Positions 34,069-42,775 of a DNA stretch of 64,000 bases are shown in pieces. The position numbers and the translations under genes are program-made. This DNA is from Gemmatimonadales bacterium (lineage in GTDB: Bacteria > Gemmatimonadota > Gemmatimonadetes > Gemmatimonadales > GWC2-71-9), in contig DASWHL010000050.1 in the NCBI GenBank assembly GCA_036398175.1, positions 29,571 through 93,570 of the forward strand. Direction: 5' to 3'. A model generated the notes under the pieces. The model had not been told where the DNA came from. It did not search any database and saw only the letters and a list, made by a program, of their open reading frames with translations. Each line of letters begins with the position of its first letter. Within the stretch, counting starts at the first letter, position 1.

Positions 34069-36138
34069 ATGACCCCTGCCGCCGCGGCCTTCCCGGGCAT
34101 TCGCCCCCCGTCCGACGTCAACCCGCGGACCGAGCCCGTTCTGGACTTCCCGGACCGGGAGTATGGGTCCCTGGCACCGGCGGACTACGAGGCGCTGGGC
34201 TTTCTGGGCGGCCTCGAAGTGCACCAGCAGCTGCTCACGCGGCGAAAGCTGTTCTGCCGCTGTCCCGCGGGGCGCTACGTAGACCGCGCCGACGGCGAGG
34301 TGCTCCGCCACATGCGGCCCACGCTGAGCGAGCTGGGCGAGTACGACGGGACCGCGTTGATGGAGTTCAAGACGCGCAAGGAGATCGTCTATCTCCTCGA
34401 CCGCGGCTCGGTGTGCACGTACGAGCTGGACGACACGCCGCCGTTCCCCATGGACGACGAGGCCATTGACATCGCGATTGGCGTCGCCCAACTGCTCAAC
34501 CTGAATCTCGTGGCCGAGCTGCACGTGATGCGGAAGCAGTACCTCGACGGCTCCATCCCCACGGGGTTCCAGCGCACCGCCATGGTGGGCCTGACGGGCC
34601 AGATCCCGTTCCGCGTGCCCGAGCTTGGTGTGGACCGCGCGCTGTCCATCCGCCAGCTGTCGCTGGAAGAGGACTCCTGCCGCGAGGTGAGCGATGTGGG
34701 GCACCGGGTCACGTTCCGCACGGACCGGCTGGGCATGCCGCTCACCGAGGTCGTGACCGAGCCCGAGTTCCTCACCCCGGAAGAGATGCAGGCGGGCGGC
34801 CGATTGCTGGCGCAGGTGGTACGGGCCACCGGCCGCGTGCGCCGCGGGCCGGGTGCCGCCCGGCAGGACGTGAACGTCTCTGTCGCGGGCGGCCGCCGCG
34901 TCGAGATCAAGGGGGTGGACAACCATCGGTTCCTGCCGCGGCTCGTCCACAACGAGGGGTACCGCCAGCTCAACCTTCTGCGCGTGCGGGCCGAGCTGCG
35001 GCGCCGTGGCGTGACCGGCACGTCCATGGCGCTCCCCGCCAAGGGGCTGCCGTGGGAGTGCTCCGCGCTCGTCGCCGACGTGAGCCGCCTGTTCGACCGG
35101 TCGCGGCACTCGGCGCTCCGCGCGGCGCGCGAGGTGGGGATGACCGTGTGCGCCGTCCGCCTGCCGGGCTTTGCCGGCCTGCTCGCGCACCGCACGCAGC
35201 CCGGGCTCACGTTCGCGCACGAGATCGCGGAGCGGATCCGCGTCATTGCGTGCCCGGCGCATCACCGGTTTCTCGCGCATTCGGATGCGGCCGACGACAC
35301 GGCCATCGCCGCGCGGCGCTGGCGGGACGTCCGCGCCGCCGTCGGCGCAGGCGCGGACGACGCGGTCGTCGTCGTGTGGGCGGACGCTCCGGACGCCGCA
35401 ACCGCCGCGCGCGAGGTCCTGATCCGCGCGCAGGACGCCCTGGCGGGCGTGCCGGCCGAGACGCGCCAGGCCAATCACGATGGCACGACCGGCTTCGAGC
35501 GCATCCTGCCCGGGGCCGACCGCATGTACCCGGACACCGACACGCCGCCCATCCCGATCCCCGACGCGACGATCGAGCGCATCCGGGTGTCCCTGCCCGA
35601 AACCCCGTGGGCGCGCGCGGAGCGCTATTGCGGGCTGGGCCTGGCCCCGGCGCGGGCCCAGCGGCTGGCCGCGGCGCCCTGGGCCGACGTGTTCGACGGC
35701 GCCGCGCCGCCGGCGGGCAATCTGGCCCGCCGCCTGGCCGCGAGCCTTGCCAAGCGGCTGCCGTACCACGTGCGGGCAGGCCGCCGGGTTCCGGACGCCG
35801 CCGGCGCGGTATTGCGGGAGGCACTCGCCCGCATCGCGGCGGGAGAGAGTCGCGCCGAGGCGCTCGACCGCATCGTGGACGCCGCGGTCATGAGGCCCGG
35901 CGCGCCGCCCGCGGAGGTGCTGGCGCCGTTCGCGCCGCCCCCGCCCGCGGACGCCAACCAGCTGGTGGAGCGCGCGGGGGACGCCGCCCGACGGATGACG
36001 GGCCGGGGGCCCGACACGCTGCTGCGGTGGGCGATGGGCGAGGTGATGCCGCGGCTGCTGGGGCGGGCCGATCCGCGCGACGTGCGGCGCCGGCTCGAGG
36101 AGCGCCTCCTCGGCGTCGGCGCGGGGGCCGGCCAGTGA
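34069..36138 (+). CDS. gatE: Glu-tRNA(Gln) amidotransferase subunit E, archaeal type
   Basis: Start moved to ATG 34069; GLEVHQQL..KLFCRC, RHMRPTLSELGEYDGTALMEFK (GatE-specific insertion), MRKQYLDGSIPTGFQRT, LSLEEDSCRE, RTDRLGMPLTEVVTEPE, ARQDVNVSVAGGRRVEIKGV. Confidence 0.8.
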   Translation: MTPAAAAFPGIRPPSDVNPRTEPVLDFPDREYGSLAPADYEALGFLGGLEVHQQLLTRRKLFCRCPAGRYVDRADGEVLRHMRPTLSELGEYDGTALMEFKTRKEIVYLLDRGSVCTYELDDTPPFPMDDEAIDIAIGVAQLLNLNLVAELHVMRKQYLDGSIPTGFQRTAMVGLTGQIPFRVPELGVDRALSIRQLSLEEDSCREVSDVGHRVTFRTDRLGMPLTEVVTEPEFLTPEEMQAGGRLLAQVVRATGRVRRGPGAARQDVNVSVAGGRRVEIKGVDNHRFLPRLVHNEGYRQLNLLRVRAELRRRGVTGTSMALPAKGLPWECSALVADVSRLFDRSRHSALRAAREVGMTVCAVRLPGFAGLLAHRTQPGLTFAHEIAERIRVIACPAHHRFLAHSDAADDTAIAARRWRDVRAAVGAGADDAVVVVWADAPDAATAAREVLIRAQDALAGVPAETRQANHDGTTGFERILPGADRMYPDTDTPPIPIPDATIERIRVSLPETPWARAERYCGLGLAPARAQRLAAAPWADVFDGAAPPAGNLARRLAASLAKRLPYHVRAGRRVPDAAGAVLREALARIAAGESRAEALDRIVDAAVMRPGAPPAEVLAPFAPPPPADANQLVERAGDAARRMTGRGPDTLLRWAMGEVMPRLLGRADPRDVRRRLEERLLGVGAGAGQ

Positions 36139-37526
36139 GCGCCGCCGACGTGTACCGCGGCTATCGCGATCCCTGCCGCGCCGTCATGCAGCGCCTGGGG
36201 TTCCGTGTCTGGAGCGAAGTGCGCATACACACGACGCGCGGGACGTTCGAGGGCCTGGTCCTGCCGCGCTCCGAAACCAGCGACGAGCTGCACTTCGTCC
36301 TCAAGCTCGGCACCGGCTACAACATCGGCATCCGGCACGACACGGTGCACGGCGTGGAGGAGCTGGGATTCCGCGAGGCGGTGTACAAGATCCCGGAGCA
36401 GGAGTTCCCGCACGATCCGGCGCACCCGCGCGTGAAGCTCTACGGGACCGGCGGCACGATCGCGTCGCGGCTCGACTACCGCACCGGCGCCGTGATTCCC
36501 GCGTTCACGCCCGGTGAGCTGTACGGCTCGGTGCCCGAGCTGGCCGATATCTGCAATCTCGAGACGGAAAAGCTGTTCGGCGTGTTCTCGGAAAACATGG
36601 GCCCCGAGCAGTACCTCGTGCTCGCCGAGAAGGTGGGCGAGGCCATCCGCGAGGGATACGCCGGCGTGGTCATCGGGCACGGCACGGACACGATGCACCA
36701 CACCGCGGCGGTGCTGAGCTTCATGGTGCAGAGCCCGCCGGTCCCGGTGGTGATGGTGGGAAGCCAGCGGTCGTCGGACCGGCCGTCGTCGGACGCGGCC
36801 CGGAACCTCATTGCCGCCACGTGGACCGCGGCGCACGGCCCCATTGCCGAGGTGATGGTGTGCATGTTCGGGCCCACGTCCGACCGGTACAACCTGCTGC
36901 ACCGCGGCACGCGCGTCCGGAAGATGCACAGCTCCACCCGGAGCACGTTCCGGACGATCGGGGACATTCCGCTCGCCCTGGTGCAGGACGGCACGCTCAC
37001 ACCGCTCCAGGACGACTGGCGGCCGCGGCGCGCGGACCGGGACGTCACGGTGCGGGCGCGGTACGACGAACGGGCGACACTGCTCTACTATTACCCCGGC
37101 ATGTGCCCCGACGTGCTCGACGCCATGGTCGAGAAGGGCTATCGGGGGATCGTGATCGCGGGCACGGGCCTGGGCCACGTGAACCGCAAGATCTACCCGG
37201 CGCTCGAGCGGGCGCGCGACGCGGGCGTGCAGATGTACATGACGCTCCAGACCCTGTGGAGCTTCGTGCAGATGCAGGTGTACGAAACGGGGCGGGAGAT
37301 CCTCCAGCTCGGCGTCATGCCGCTCGCGAACATGATGCCCGAGGTCGCCTTCATCAAGCTTGGCTGGGCGCTGGGCGTGCATCCGGACGACCCGGACGCC
37401 GTGCGGACCCTCATGACCACCCCCCTCGCGGGCGACATGACGGAGCGGGAACCGCATGACGGGTATCTCATCTTCCAGGGTGGGGTGCCGGAGATCAAAG
37501 AGTTCCTTGGGAGTGTGTGGAGATGA
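36135..37526 (+). CDS. gatD: Glu-tRNA(Gln) amidotransferase subunit D, archaeal type (asparaginase-like)
   Basis: GTG 36135 (GTGA overlap with the gatE stop). N-domain VRIHTTRGTFEGLVLP, then LYGTGGTIASRLDYRTGA, VIGHGTDTMHHTAAVLSF, VVMVGSQRSSDRPSSDA. The 824-aa track ORF is an over-extension. Confidence 0.8.
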   Translation: MSAADVYRGYRDPCRAVMQRLGFRVWSEVRIHTTRGTFEGLVLPRSETSDELHFVLKLGTGYNIGIRHDTVHGVEELGFREAVYKIPEQEFPHDPAHPRVKLYGTGGTIASRLDYRTGAVIPAFTPGELYGSVPELADICNLETEKLFGVFSENMGPEQYLVLAEKVGEAIREGYAGVVIGHGTDTMHHTAAVLSFMVQSPPVPVVMVGSQRSSDRPSSDAARNLIAATWTAAHGPIAEVMVCMFGPTSDRYNLLHRGTRVRKMHSSTRSTFRTIGDIPLALVQDGTLTPLQDDWRPRRADRDVTVRARYDERATLLYYYPGMCPDVLDAMVEKGYRGIVIAGTGLGHVNRKIYPALERARDAGVQMYMTLQTLWSFVQMQVYETGREILQLGVMPLANMMPEVAFIKLGWALGVHPDDPDAVRTLMTTPLAGDMTEREPHDGYLIFQGGVPEIKEFLGSVWR

Positions 37527-37530
37527 GAAT

Positions 37531-37605
37531 CGTGCAGCGTGCAGCGTGTAGCGTGCAGCGGGGTGAGGTGTCCCGCTCATCCCGCTATGCCGCGCATCCC
37601 GCTCA
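37531..37605. repeat. heptamer array CGTGCAG x4 followed by TCCCGCTCA-type 9-mers
   Basis: CGTGCAG at 37531, 37538, 37545 (CGTGTAG) and 37552. TCCCGCTCA at 37571, TCCCGCTAT at 37580, TCCCGCTCA at 37597. The array fills the gatD-glnS spacer. Confidence 0.9.
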
Positions 37606-37626
37606 TCCGGTGGTCGAGGAGTCGCG

Positions 37627-39321
37627 ATGACCGACGGCGCTCCCGAACGGGGGCTCGACTTCATCCGCGCCATGGTCGGCCGCGACGTCGCCGCCGGGAA
37701 GTGGGGGGGGCGGGTGGCGACGCGGTTTCCGCCGGAGCCCAACGGCTACCTGCACATCGGGCACGCCAAGTCCATCTGCCTGAATTTCGGGCTGGCGGCG
37801 GAATACGGGGGGACGTGCAACGTCCGGTTCGACGACACCAACCCGCTCACCGAGGATCAGCAGTACGTGGACGCCATCAAGGACGACGTCCGCTGGCTCG
37901 GCTTCGATTGGGCGGATCGCGAATACTACGCCTCGGACTACTTCGAACAGCTCTACGACTTCGCGGTCATCCTGATCCGGAAGGGCGGGGCGTACGTGGA
38001 CTCGCAGAACGAGGAGCAGATCCGCACGTCACGGGGCACGATCCGGCGGGCGGGCACGGAGAGCCCGCATCGGACTCGCTCGGTGGACGAGAACCTCGAC
38101 CTGTTCCGCCGGATGCGGGAAGGGGAGTTCCCCGACGGCGCGCACGTGCTGCGCGCGAAGATTGACATGGCGCATCCCAACTTCCTGATGCGGGACCCGC
38201 TGCTCTTCCGGATCCGCCACGCGGCCCATTACCGTCGCGGGGATGCGTGGTGCATCTACCCGCTGTACGACTTCACGCACTGCCTTTCGGACAGCATCGA
38301 GCGGATCACGCATTCGCTCTGCACGCTGGAGTTCAAGGACAACCGCGATCTGTACGACTGGATCGTGCGGGAAGTGGGGATCGAGCAGCCGCCGGAGCAG
38401 ACCGAGTTCGCGCGGCTGAACCTCGACTACACGGTCCTCTCCAAGCGGAAGCTCGTCCGGCTGGTGCGCGAGGGACACGTGGCGGGCTGGGACGATCCGC
38501 GGATGCCCACGATCGCGGGGCTGCGGCGGCGCGGGGTCACGCCCGAGGCCATCCGCGCCTTCGCGGACGGCGTGGGCGTGGCGCGCGTGGACAGCCGCGT
38601 GGAGTTGGGCAAGCTCGAGCACGCCATCCGGGACGAGCTCAACATGCGCGTCCCGCGCGTGCTCTGCGTGCTGCGGCCGCTCAAGGTGGTCGTCACGAAC
38701 TATCCCGAGGGGCAGGTCGAGGAGCTGGATGCGCCGTCCTACCCGCACGACGTGCCGAAGGAAGGCTCCCGCAGGCTGCCCTTCACCCGGGAGCTGTACA
38801 TCGAGCGGGACGACTTCCTGGAGGACCCGCCGAAGAAGTTCTTCCGGCTGGCGCCGGGACGCGAGGTGCGGCTCCGCTACGCGTACTTCGTCACGTGCAC
38901 CGACGTCGTGAAGGACGCGGCGGGGACCGTCGTCGAGCTGCGCTGTACGTACGATCCGGCCACCCGGGGCGGCGACGCGCCGGACGGACGCAAGGTGAAG
39001 GGCACGATCCACTGGGTGTCGGCCACGGAATCACTGTCCTGTGACGTGCGGCTGTACGACCGGCTGTTCACGCAACCGGATCCGGACGACGTGCCGGACG
39101 ACCGGGAATTCACCGCGACGCTCAATCCGGAGTCGCTGGTGGTGCTCCGCGAGGCGCGGGTCGAGCCGAGCGTGGGGCAGGACCCGCCGGGCACGCGGTA
39201 CCAGTTCGAGCGCCAGGGCTACTTCGTGAGCGATACCGTGGACTCGAAGCCGGATAGCTTGGTGTTCAATCGGACCGTCCAGTTGCGCGACACCTGGGCG
39301 AAAGTGCAGGCGAAGGGGTAG
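37627..39321 (+). CDS. glnS: glutamine--tRNA ligase
   Basis: 564 aa; RFPPEPNGYLHIGHAKSICLNFG, NVRFDDTNP, TVLSKRKL (KMSKS-like), C-terminal beta-barrel anticodon-binding region. Confidence 0.93.
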   Translation: MTDGAPERGLDFIRAMVGRDVAAGKWGGRVATRFPPEPNGYLHIGHAKSICLNFGLAAEYGGTCNVRFDDTNPLTEDQQYVDAIKDDVRWLGFDWADREYYASDYFEQLYDFAVILIRKGGAYVDSQNEEQIRTSRGTIRRAGTESPHRTRSVDENLDLFRRMREGEFPDGAHVLRAKIDMAHPNFLMRDPLLFRIRHAAHYRRGDAWCIYPLYDFTHCLSDSIERITHSLCTLEFKDNRDLYDWIVREVGIEQPPEQTEFARLNLDYTVLSKRKLVRLVREGHVAGWDDPRMPTIAGLRRRGVTPEAIRAFADGVGVARVDSRVELGKLEHAIRDELNMRVPRVLCVLRPLKVVVTNYPEGQVEELDAPSYPHDVPKEGSRRLPFTRELYIERDDFLEDPPKKFFRLAPGREVRLRYAYFVTCTDVVKDAAGTVVELRCTYDPATRGGDAPDGRKVKGTIHWVSATESLSCDVRLYDRLFTQPDPDDVPDDREFTATLNPESLVVLREARVEPSVGQDPPGTRYQFERQGYFVSDTVDSKPDSLVFNRTVQLRDTWAKVQAKG

Positions 39322-39328
39322 GCAGGCC

Positions 39329-41035
39329 TTGACCGATCGTCGCACCTTCGTTGGCACTACCGCAGGCCTGCTCGCAGGGGTTTCCGGCATCCTCCCATCC
39401 GTGCGCATCCTCGTGCGGCCCGGTCGTCGTCGCGTGACGGCGGACGTGCTGGTGCGCGGCGCGCTGGTCTACGACGGCAGCGGCGCGCCACCGGTCCAGG
39501 CGGACGTGGCGGTCGCGGGCGATCGGATCGAGGCGGTCGGTCGCGTGCTGGAAGCGCCGGGCGCACAAGTCATGGACCTCACAGGCCTGGCACTTGCCCC
39601 GGGCTTCGTTGATATCCACTCCCACACCGATCTCGTGCTGGCCGTGGACCCCGGCGCCCCCAGCAAGATCCGGCAGGGGGTGACCACCGAGGTGACGGGG
39701 CAGGACGGCGACTCGATCGGGCCGTGGCGTGAGGACGAGGCGCGCGAAACGCGTGAGCGCTACGCGTCACGGTACGGTGTGGAATTCGATTTCGACGACC
39801 TGGGCGGGTTCTTCCGCTGGCTCGAGCGCAACGCTCCCGGCATCAACCTGGCGAGCATGGTGGGCGCCGGCACGGTGCGGGCCTACGTCATCGGGAACGA
39901 CGACCGGCCCGCCACGACGGACGAACTGGAACGCATGGCCGCCCTGGTGGCGGACGCCATCCACGACGGCGCGTGCGGGCTCTCCACCGGCCTCGAGTAC
40001 GTGCCGGGCGCCTTTGCCGACCTGGGCGAGCTGCTGGCGCTGGCCCGCCCGCTCCGGGGCACCGGCCTCCCGTACGCGAGCCACATGCGCAACGAGGACG
40101 ACCACCTGATGGGCGCCATCGAGGAGGCGCTGAACGTGGGCCGCGGGGCCGGCGTCCCGGTGCAGATCTCCCATCTCAAGGCCCAGGGACAGCGCAACTG
40201 GTGGAAGGCCGAGTCGGTGCTGCGCCTGCTGGAAGCCGCGCGCGCGGACGGCCTGGACGTCATGTACGACCGCTACCCGTACGTGGCGTACAGCACGGGC
40301 CTTTCATCCATGTTCCCGGTCTGGGCGCGCGACGGCGGCACGGACCGCTTCCTCCAGCGGCTCGACGATCCGGCCGTCGCACCCCGCATCGAGGAGGCCG
40401 TGCGCGCCAAGGTCGCCCAGCTCGGCAGCTGGGACGCCGTGCAGGTCAGCTCGACCAGCGCACCCGCGCTGTCGTGGGCGGAAGGGCAGCGGTTGGGGGC
40501 GCTCGCGCAGGCGCGTGGGGCCGAGCCGTATGCGCTGCTGCTCCACCTCGCGCGGGAAGACCGGGGCCGGTCCGGCATGGTGGGCTTCGGGATGAGCGAG
40601 GAGAACACCACCCGATTCCTCGCGCACCCGCTCGGCATGGTCTGCTCCGACGGGTCGGCCCTGGCGGTGGACGGACCGCTGTCCGAGGGCACGCCCCACC
40701 CGCGGAACTTCGGCACCTTCCCCCGCGTCCTCGGCCACTACTGTCGTGAGCAGCGCGCCATGCCGCTGGCGACCGCGATCCACAAGATGACGGCGCAGCC
40801 GGCCCGCCGGCTCCGGTTGCAAGGCCGCGGGACCATCGCTCCGGGGGCGTTTGCGGACCTGGTGGCGTTCGATCCCGACACCGTGGCCGACCGCGCGACC
40901 TTTGCCCAGCCGCACCAGTATCCGGTGGGGATCCCGCACGTGATGGTGAATGGGCGGTTCGTGCTGCGCGACGGCGAGGCCACGGGGGTCAGATCCGGGA
41001 GGGTGATCCGTCCCGTGTTGAGGGGGGACGGGTAG
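39329..41035 (+). CDS. N-acyl-D-amino-acid deacylase (D-aminoacylase) family amidohydrolase, Tat signal
   Basis: TTG start; DRRTFVGTTAGLLAG; VLVRGALVYDGSG...DVAVAGDRIEAVG...APGFVDIHSHTD. Confidence 0.8.
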   Translation: MTDRRTFVGTTAGLLAGVSGILPSVRILVRPGRRRVTADVLVRGALVYDGSGAPPVQADVAVAGDRIEAVGRVLEAPGAQVMDLTGLALAPGFVDIHSHTDLVLAVDPGAPSKIRQGVTTEVTGQDGDSIGPWREDEARETRERYASRYGVEFDFDDLGGFFRWLERNAPGINLASMVGAGTVRAYVIGNDDRPATTDELERMAALVADAIHDGACGLSTGLEYVPGAFADLGELLALARPLRGTGLPYASHMRNEDDHLMGAIEEALNVGRGAGVPVQISHLKAQGQRNWWKAESVLRLLEAARADGLDVMYDRYPYVAYSTGLSSMFPVWARDGGTDRFLQRLDDPAVAPRIEEAVRAKVAQLGSWDAVQVSSTSAPALSWAEGQRLGALAQARGAEPYALLLHLAREDRGRSGMVGFGMSEENTTRFLAHPLGMVCSDGSALAVDGPLSEGTPHPRNFGTFPRVLGHYCREQRAMPLATAIHKMTAQPARRLRLQGRGTIAPGAFADLVAFDPDTVADRATFAQPHQYPVGIPHVMVNGRFVLRDGEATGVRSGRVIRPVLRGDG

Positions 41036-41052
41036 ACGCATAGTTGGGTGGG

Positions 41053-41167
41053 CTGGACGCCGAGACGCACAGTGGCTCTGAGTCACCAGCTGCGAGTTCG
41101 ATCGAGCAGGAACATCTCACAGCTCGGAACGCAAAGCCACTACGCGACTCGGCGTCTCGGCGTCCAG
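41053..41167. repeat. palindromic intergenic element, subfamily 1a
   Basis: Perfect 16-bp terminal inverted repeat: CTGGACGCCGAGACGC (41053-41068) and GCGTCTCGGCGTCCAG (41152-41167). Inner pairings GTGGCT/AGCCAC and TCGATCGA. Lies between convergent genes. Confidence 0.85.
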
Positions 41168-41185
41168 CTCGCACCGTCTTCCCGT

Positions 41186-42493
41186 CTACCGCGTCCCTCC
41201 CTGCACCCGCCTCGCTGCCTCCTGCACCTCATCCATCACGCGCAGCAGATTCCCGCTCCACAGCTTCCCGATCTGCTCTTCCGTGTACCCCCGCCGCACC
41301 AGCTCCAGCGTCACATTGAACGTTTCGCTGGCGTCGCTCCAGCCGTCTACCCCGCCGCCGCCGTCGAAGTCCGAGCTGATCCCCACATGCTCGATGCCGA
41401 TCAGCCGGACCGCGTAGTCAATGTGATCCACGAAGTCCGCCACCGTGGCCCGGGGCGGAGGCGGGAACCGCCGGTCGAGCGCGGCCATGCGCTCACGGTA
41501 GGCGGTCCGCTGCTCAGGCGTGAGGGCGCCGCCGAACCCGCCGCGCCCGCCGCCCTGTGCGGGCAATCCGAACTCCCGCCGCAGCGCCGCGACGGCCGCC
41601 GCGCGCTCGGGCGACGGCGGGGGCGGCGTCTTCACGTAGGAGTTGAAGGCCACGATCTGGACCACGCCGCCGTTCTCCTTGAGGGCCAGCAATTGCTCGT
41701 CATCCAGGTTCCGGCTGTGGTCACAGAGGGCCCGCACGGCGGAGTGCGAGGCGATGATCGGCGCCTGGGACAGCGCGAGCGTCTGCATCATGGACGCCTT
41801 CGACGGGTGCGACACGTCAATCATGATGCCCACGCGGTTCAGCTCGGCCACGACCTCCCGGCCCAGGGGCGACAGGCCGTTCCACTTCCAGACCTCATCC
41901 CGCTCGCCCGTGTTGGAGTCCGACAGCTGGCTATGCCCGTTGTGCGACAGCGAGAGGTAGCGTGCGCCCAAGTCGTGGAACTCCCGCACGCGGCCGATGT
42001 CATCGCCCAGCGGATAGCCGTTCTCGACGCCGATGAGGGCGACCTTGCGGCCGGACGCGGCGATCCGCCGCACGTCCGCCGCGCTGGTGGCCAGGCCGAT
42101 GCGGTCCGGGGCGATGGAGTCCGTGAGCCGGCGGATGGCCTGGAACTTGGCGATCGCCTCGTGGTACGCGCGCCGGTAGGCCGCGGGCGTGAAGTCGTCG
42201 TCCTGCCCCACGTACGCGATGAAGAACGCGGCGTCCAGCCCGCCCTCTTCCATCTTGGGCAGGTTGACCTGCGTGGCGAGCCGCTGGGTGTAATTCTGCC
42301 GGGCCGTGAAGTTGGCGACGTTGATGTCCGCGTGCGTGTCCAGCGTGATCACCCGCTCGTGGATGGCACGGGCGCGGGCCACGAGGATGGCGTCAGGCGC
42401 GCCGGCGGTGCGACCCTGGGCCACGAGCGGGGTACCAAGGACGAGCAGGGCGGCCGGAACCAGGCAGGTCCGCGTCCGTCGGAAGGGCGTCAT
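41186..42493 (-). CDS. membrane dipeptidase (peptidase M19)
   Basis: Start moved to ATG 42493 with signal peptide; ITLDTHADI, LSHNGHSQLSDS, IDVSHPS, ASHSAVRALCDHSRNLDDEQL, ISSDFDGGGG. Confidence 0.88.
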   Translation of the reverse strand: MTPFRRTRTCLVPAALLVLGTPLVAQGRTAGAPDAILVARARAIHERVITLDTHADINVANFTARQNYTQRLATQVNLPKMEEGGLDAAFFIAYVGQDDDFTPAAYRRAYHEAIAKFQAIRRLTDSIAPDRIGLATSAADVRRIAASGRKVALIGVENGYPLGDDIGRVREFHDLGARYLSLSHNGHSQLSDSNTGERDEVWKWNGLSPLGREVVAELNRVGIMIDVSHPSKASMMQTLALSQAPIIASHSAVRALCDHSRNLDDEQLLALKENGGVVQIVAFNSYVKTPPPPSPERAAAVAALRREFGLPAQGGGRGGFGGALTPEQRTAYRERMAALDRRFPPPPRATVADFVDHIDYAVRLIGIEHVGISSDFDGGGGVDGWSDASETFNVTLELVRRGYTEEQIGKLWSGNLLRVMDEVQEAARRVQGGTR

Positions 42494-42597
42494 GCGGGTC
42501 GCTCCGTGAGGGGAATCGGCTACTGGAAGATGGGGTGGGGGTTGCCGGAGTGGTAGACGGCGGCGCGGCACGATGCGGCACGATGCGGCTCGGTGGT

Positions 42598-42695
42598 GAA
42601 TCCCGCTGAAGCGGGTCCTCGGCCACTACCTGCCCGCGAAGCGGGCCGTCGCCTTGGCGACAGATAGCGGCCGAGGGCCTGCTTCAGCAGGATCC
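42598..42695. repeat. REP/MITE-like palindromic element, family 2, full copy A
   Basis: Arms GAATCCCGCTGAAGCGGGTCCTCGGCCAC and GCGGCCGAGGGCCTGCTTCAGCAGGATCC. Internal hairpins CCCGC-GAA-GCGGG and GTCGCC-TT-GGCGAC. Preceded by GCGGCACGAT x2 (42565-42584). Confidence 0.85.
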
Positions 42696-42775
42696 ATGCA
42701 ACGTCGGCTGGGGTTGTATCTTTAAAATCTGGCCCGCGACCACCCCACGGGGCGGTCGCCCCCAGCGTACCTGTC

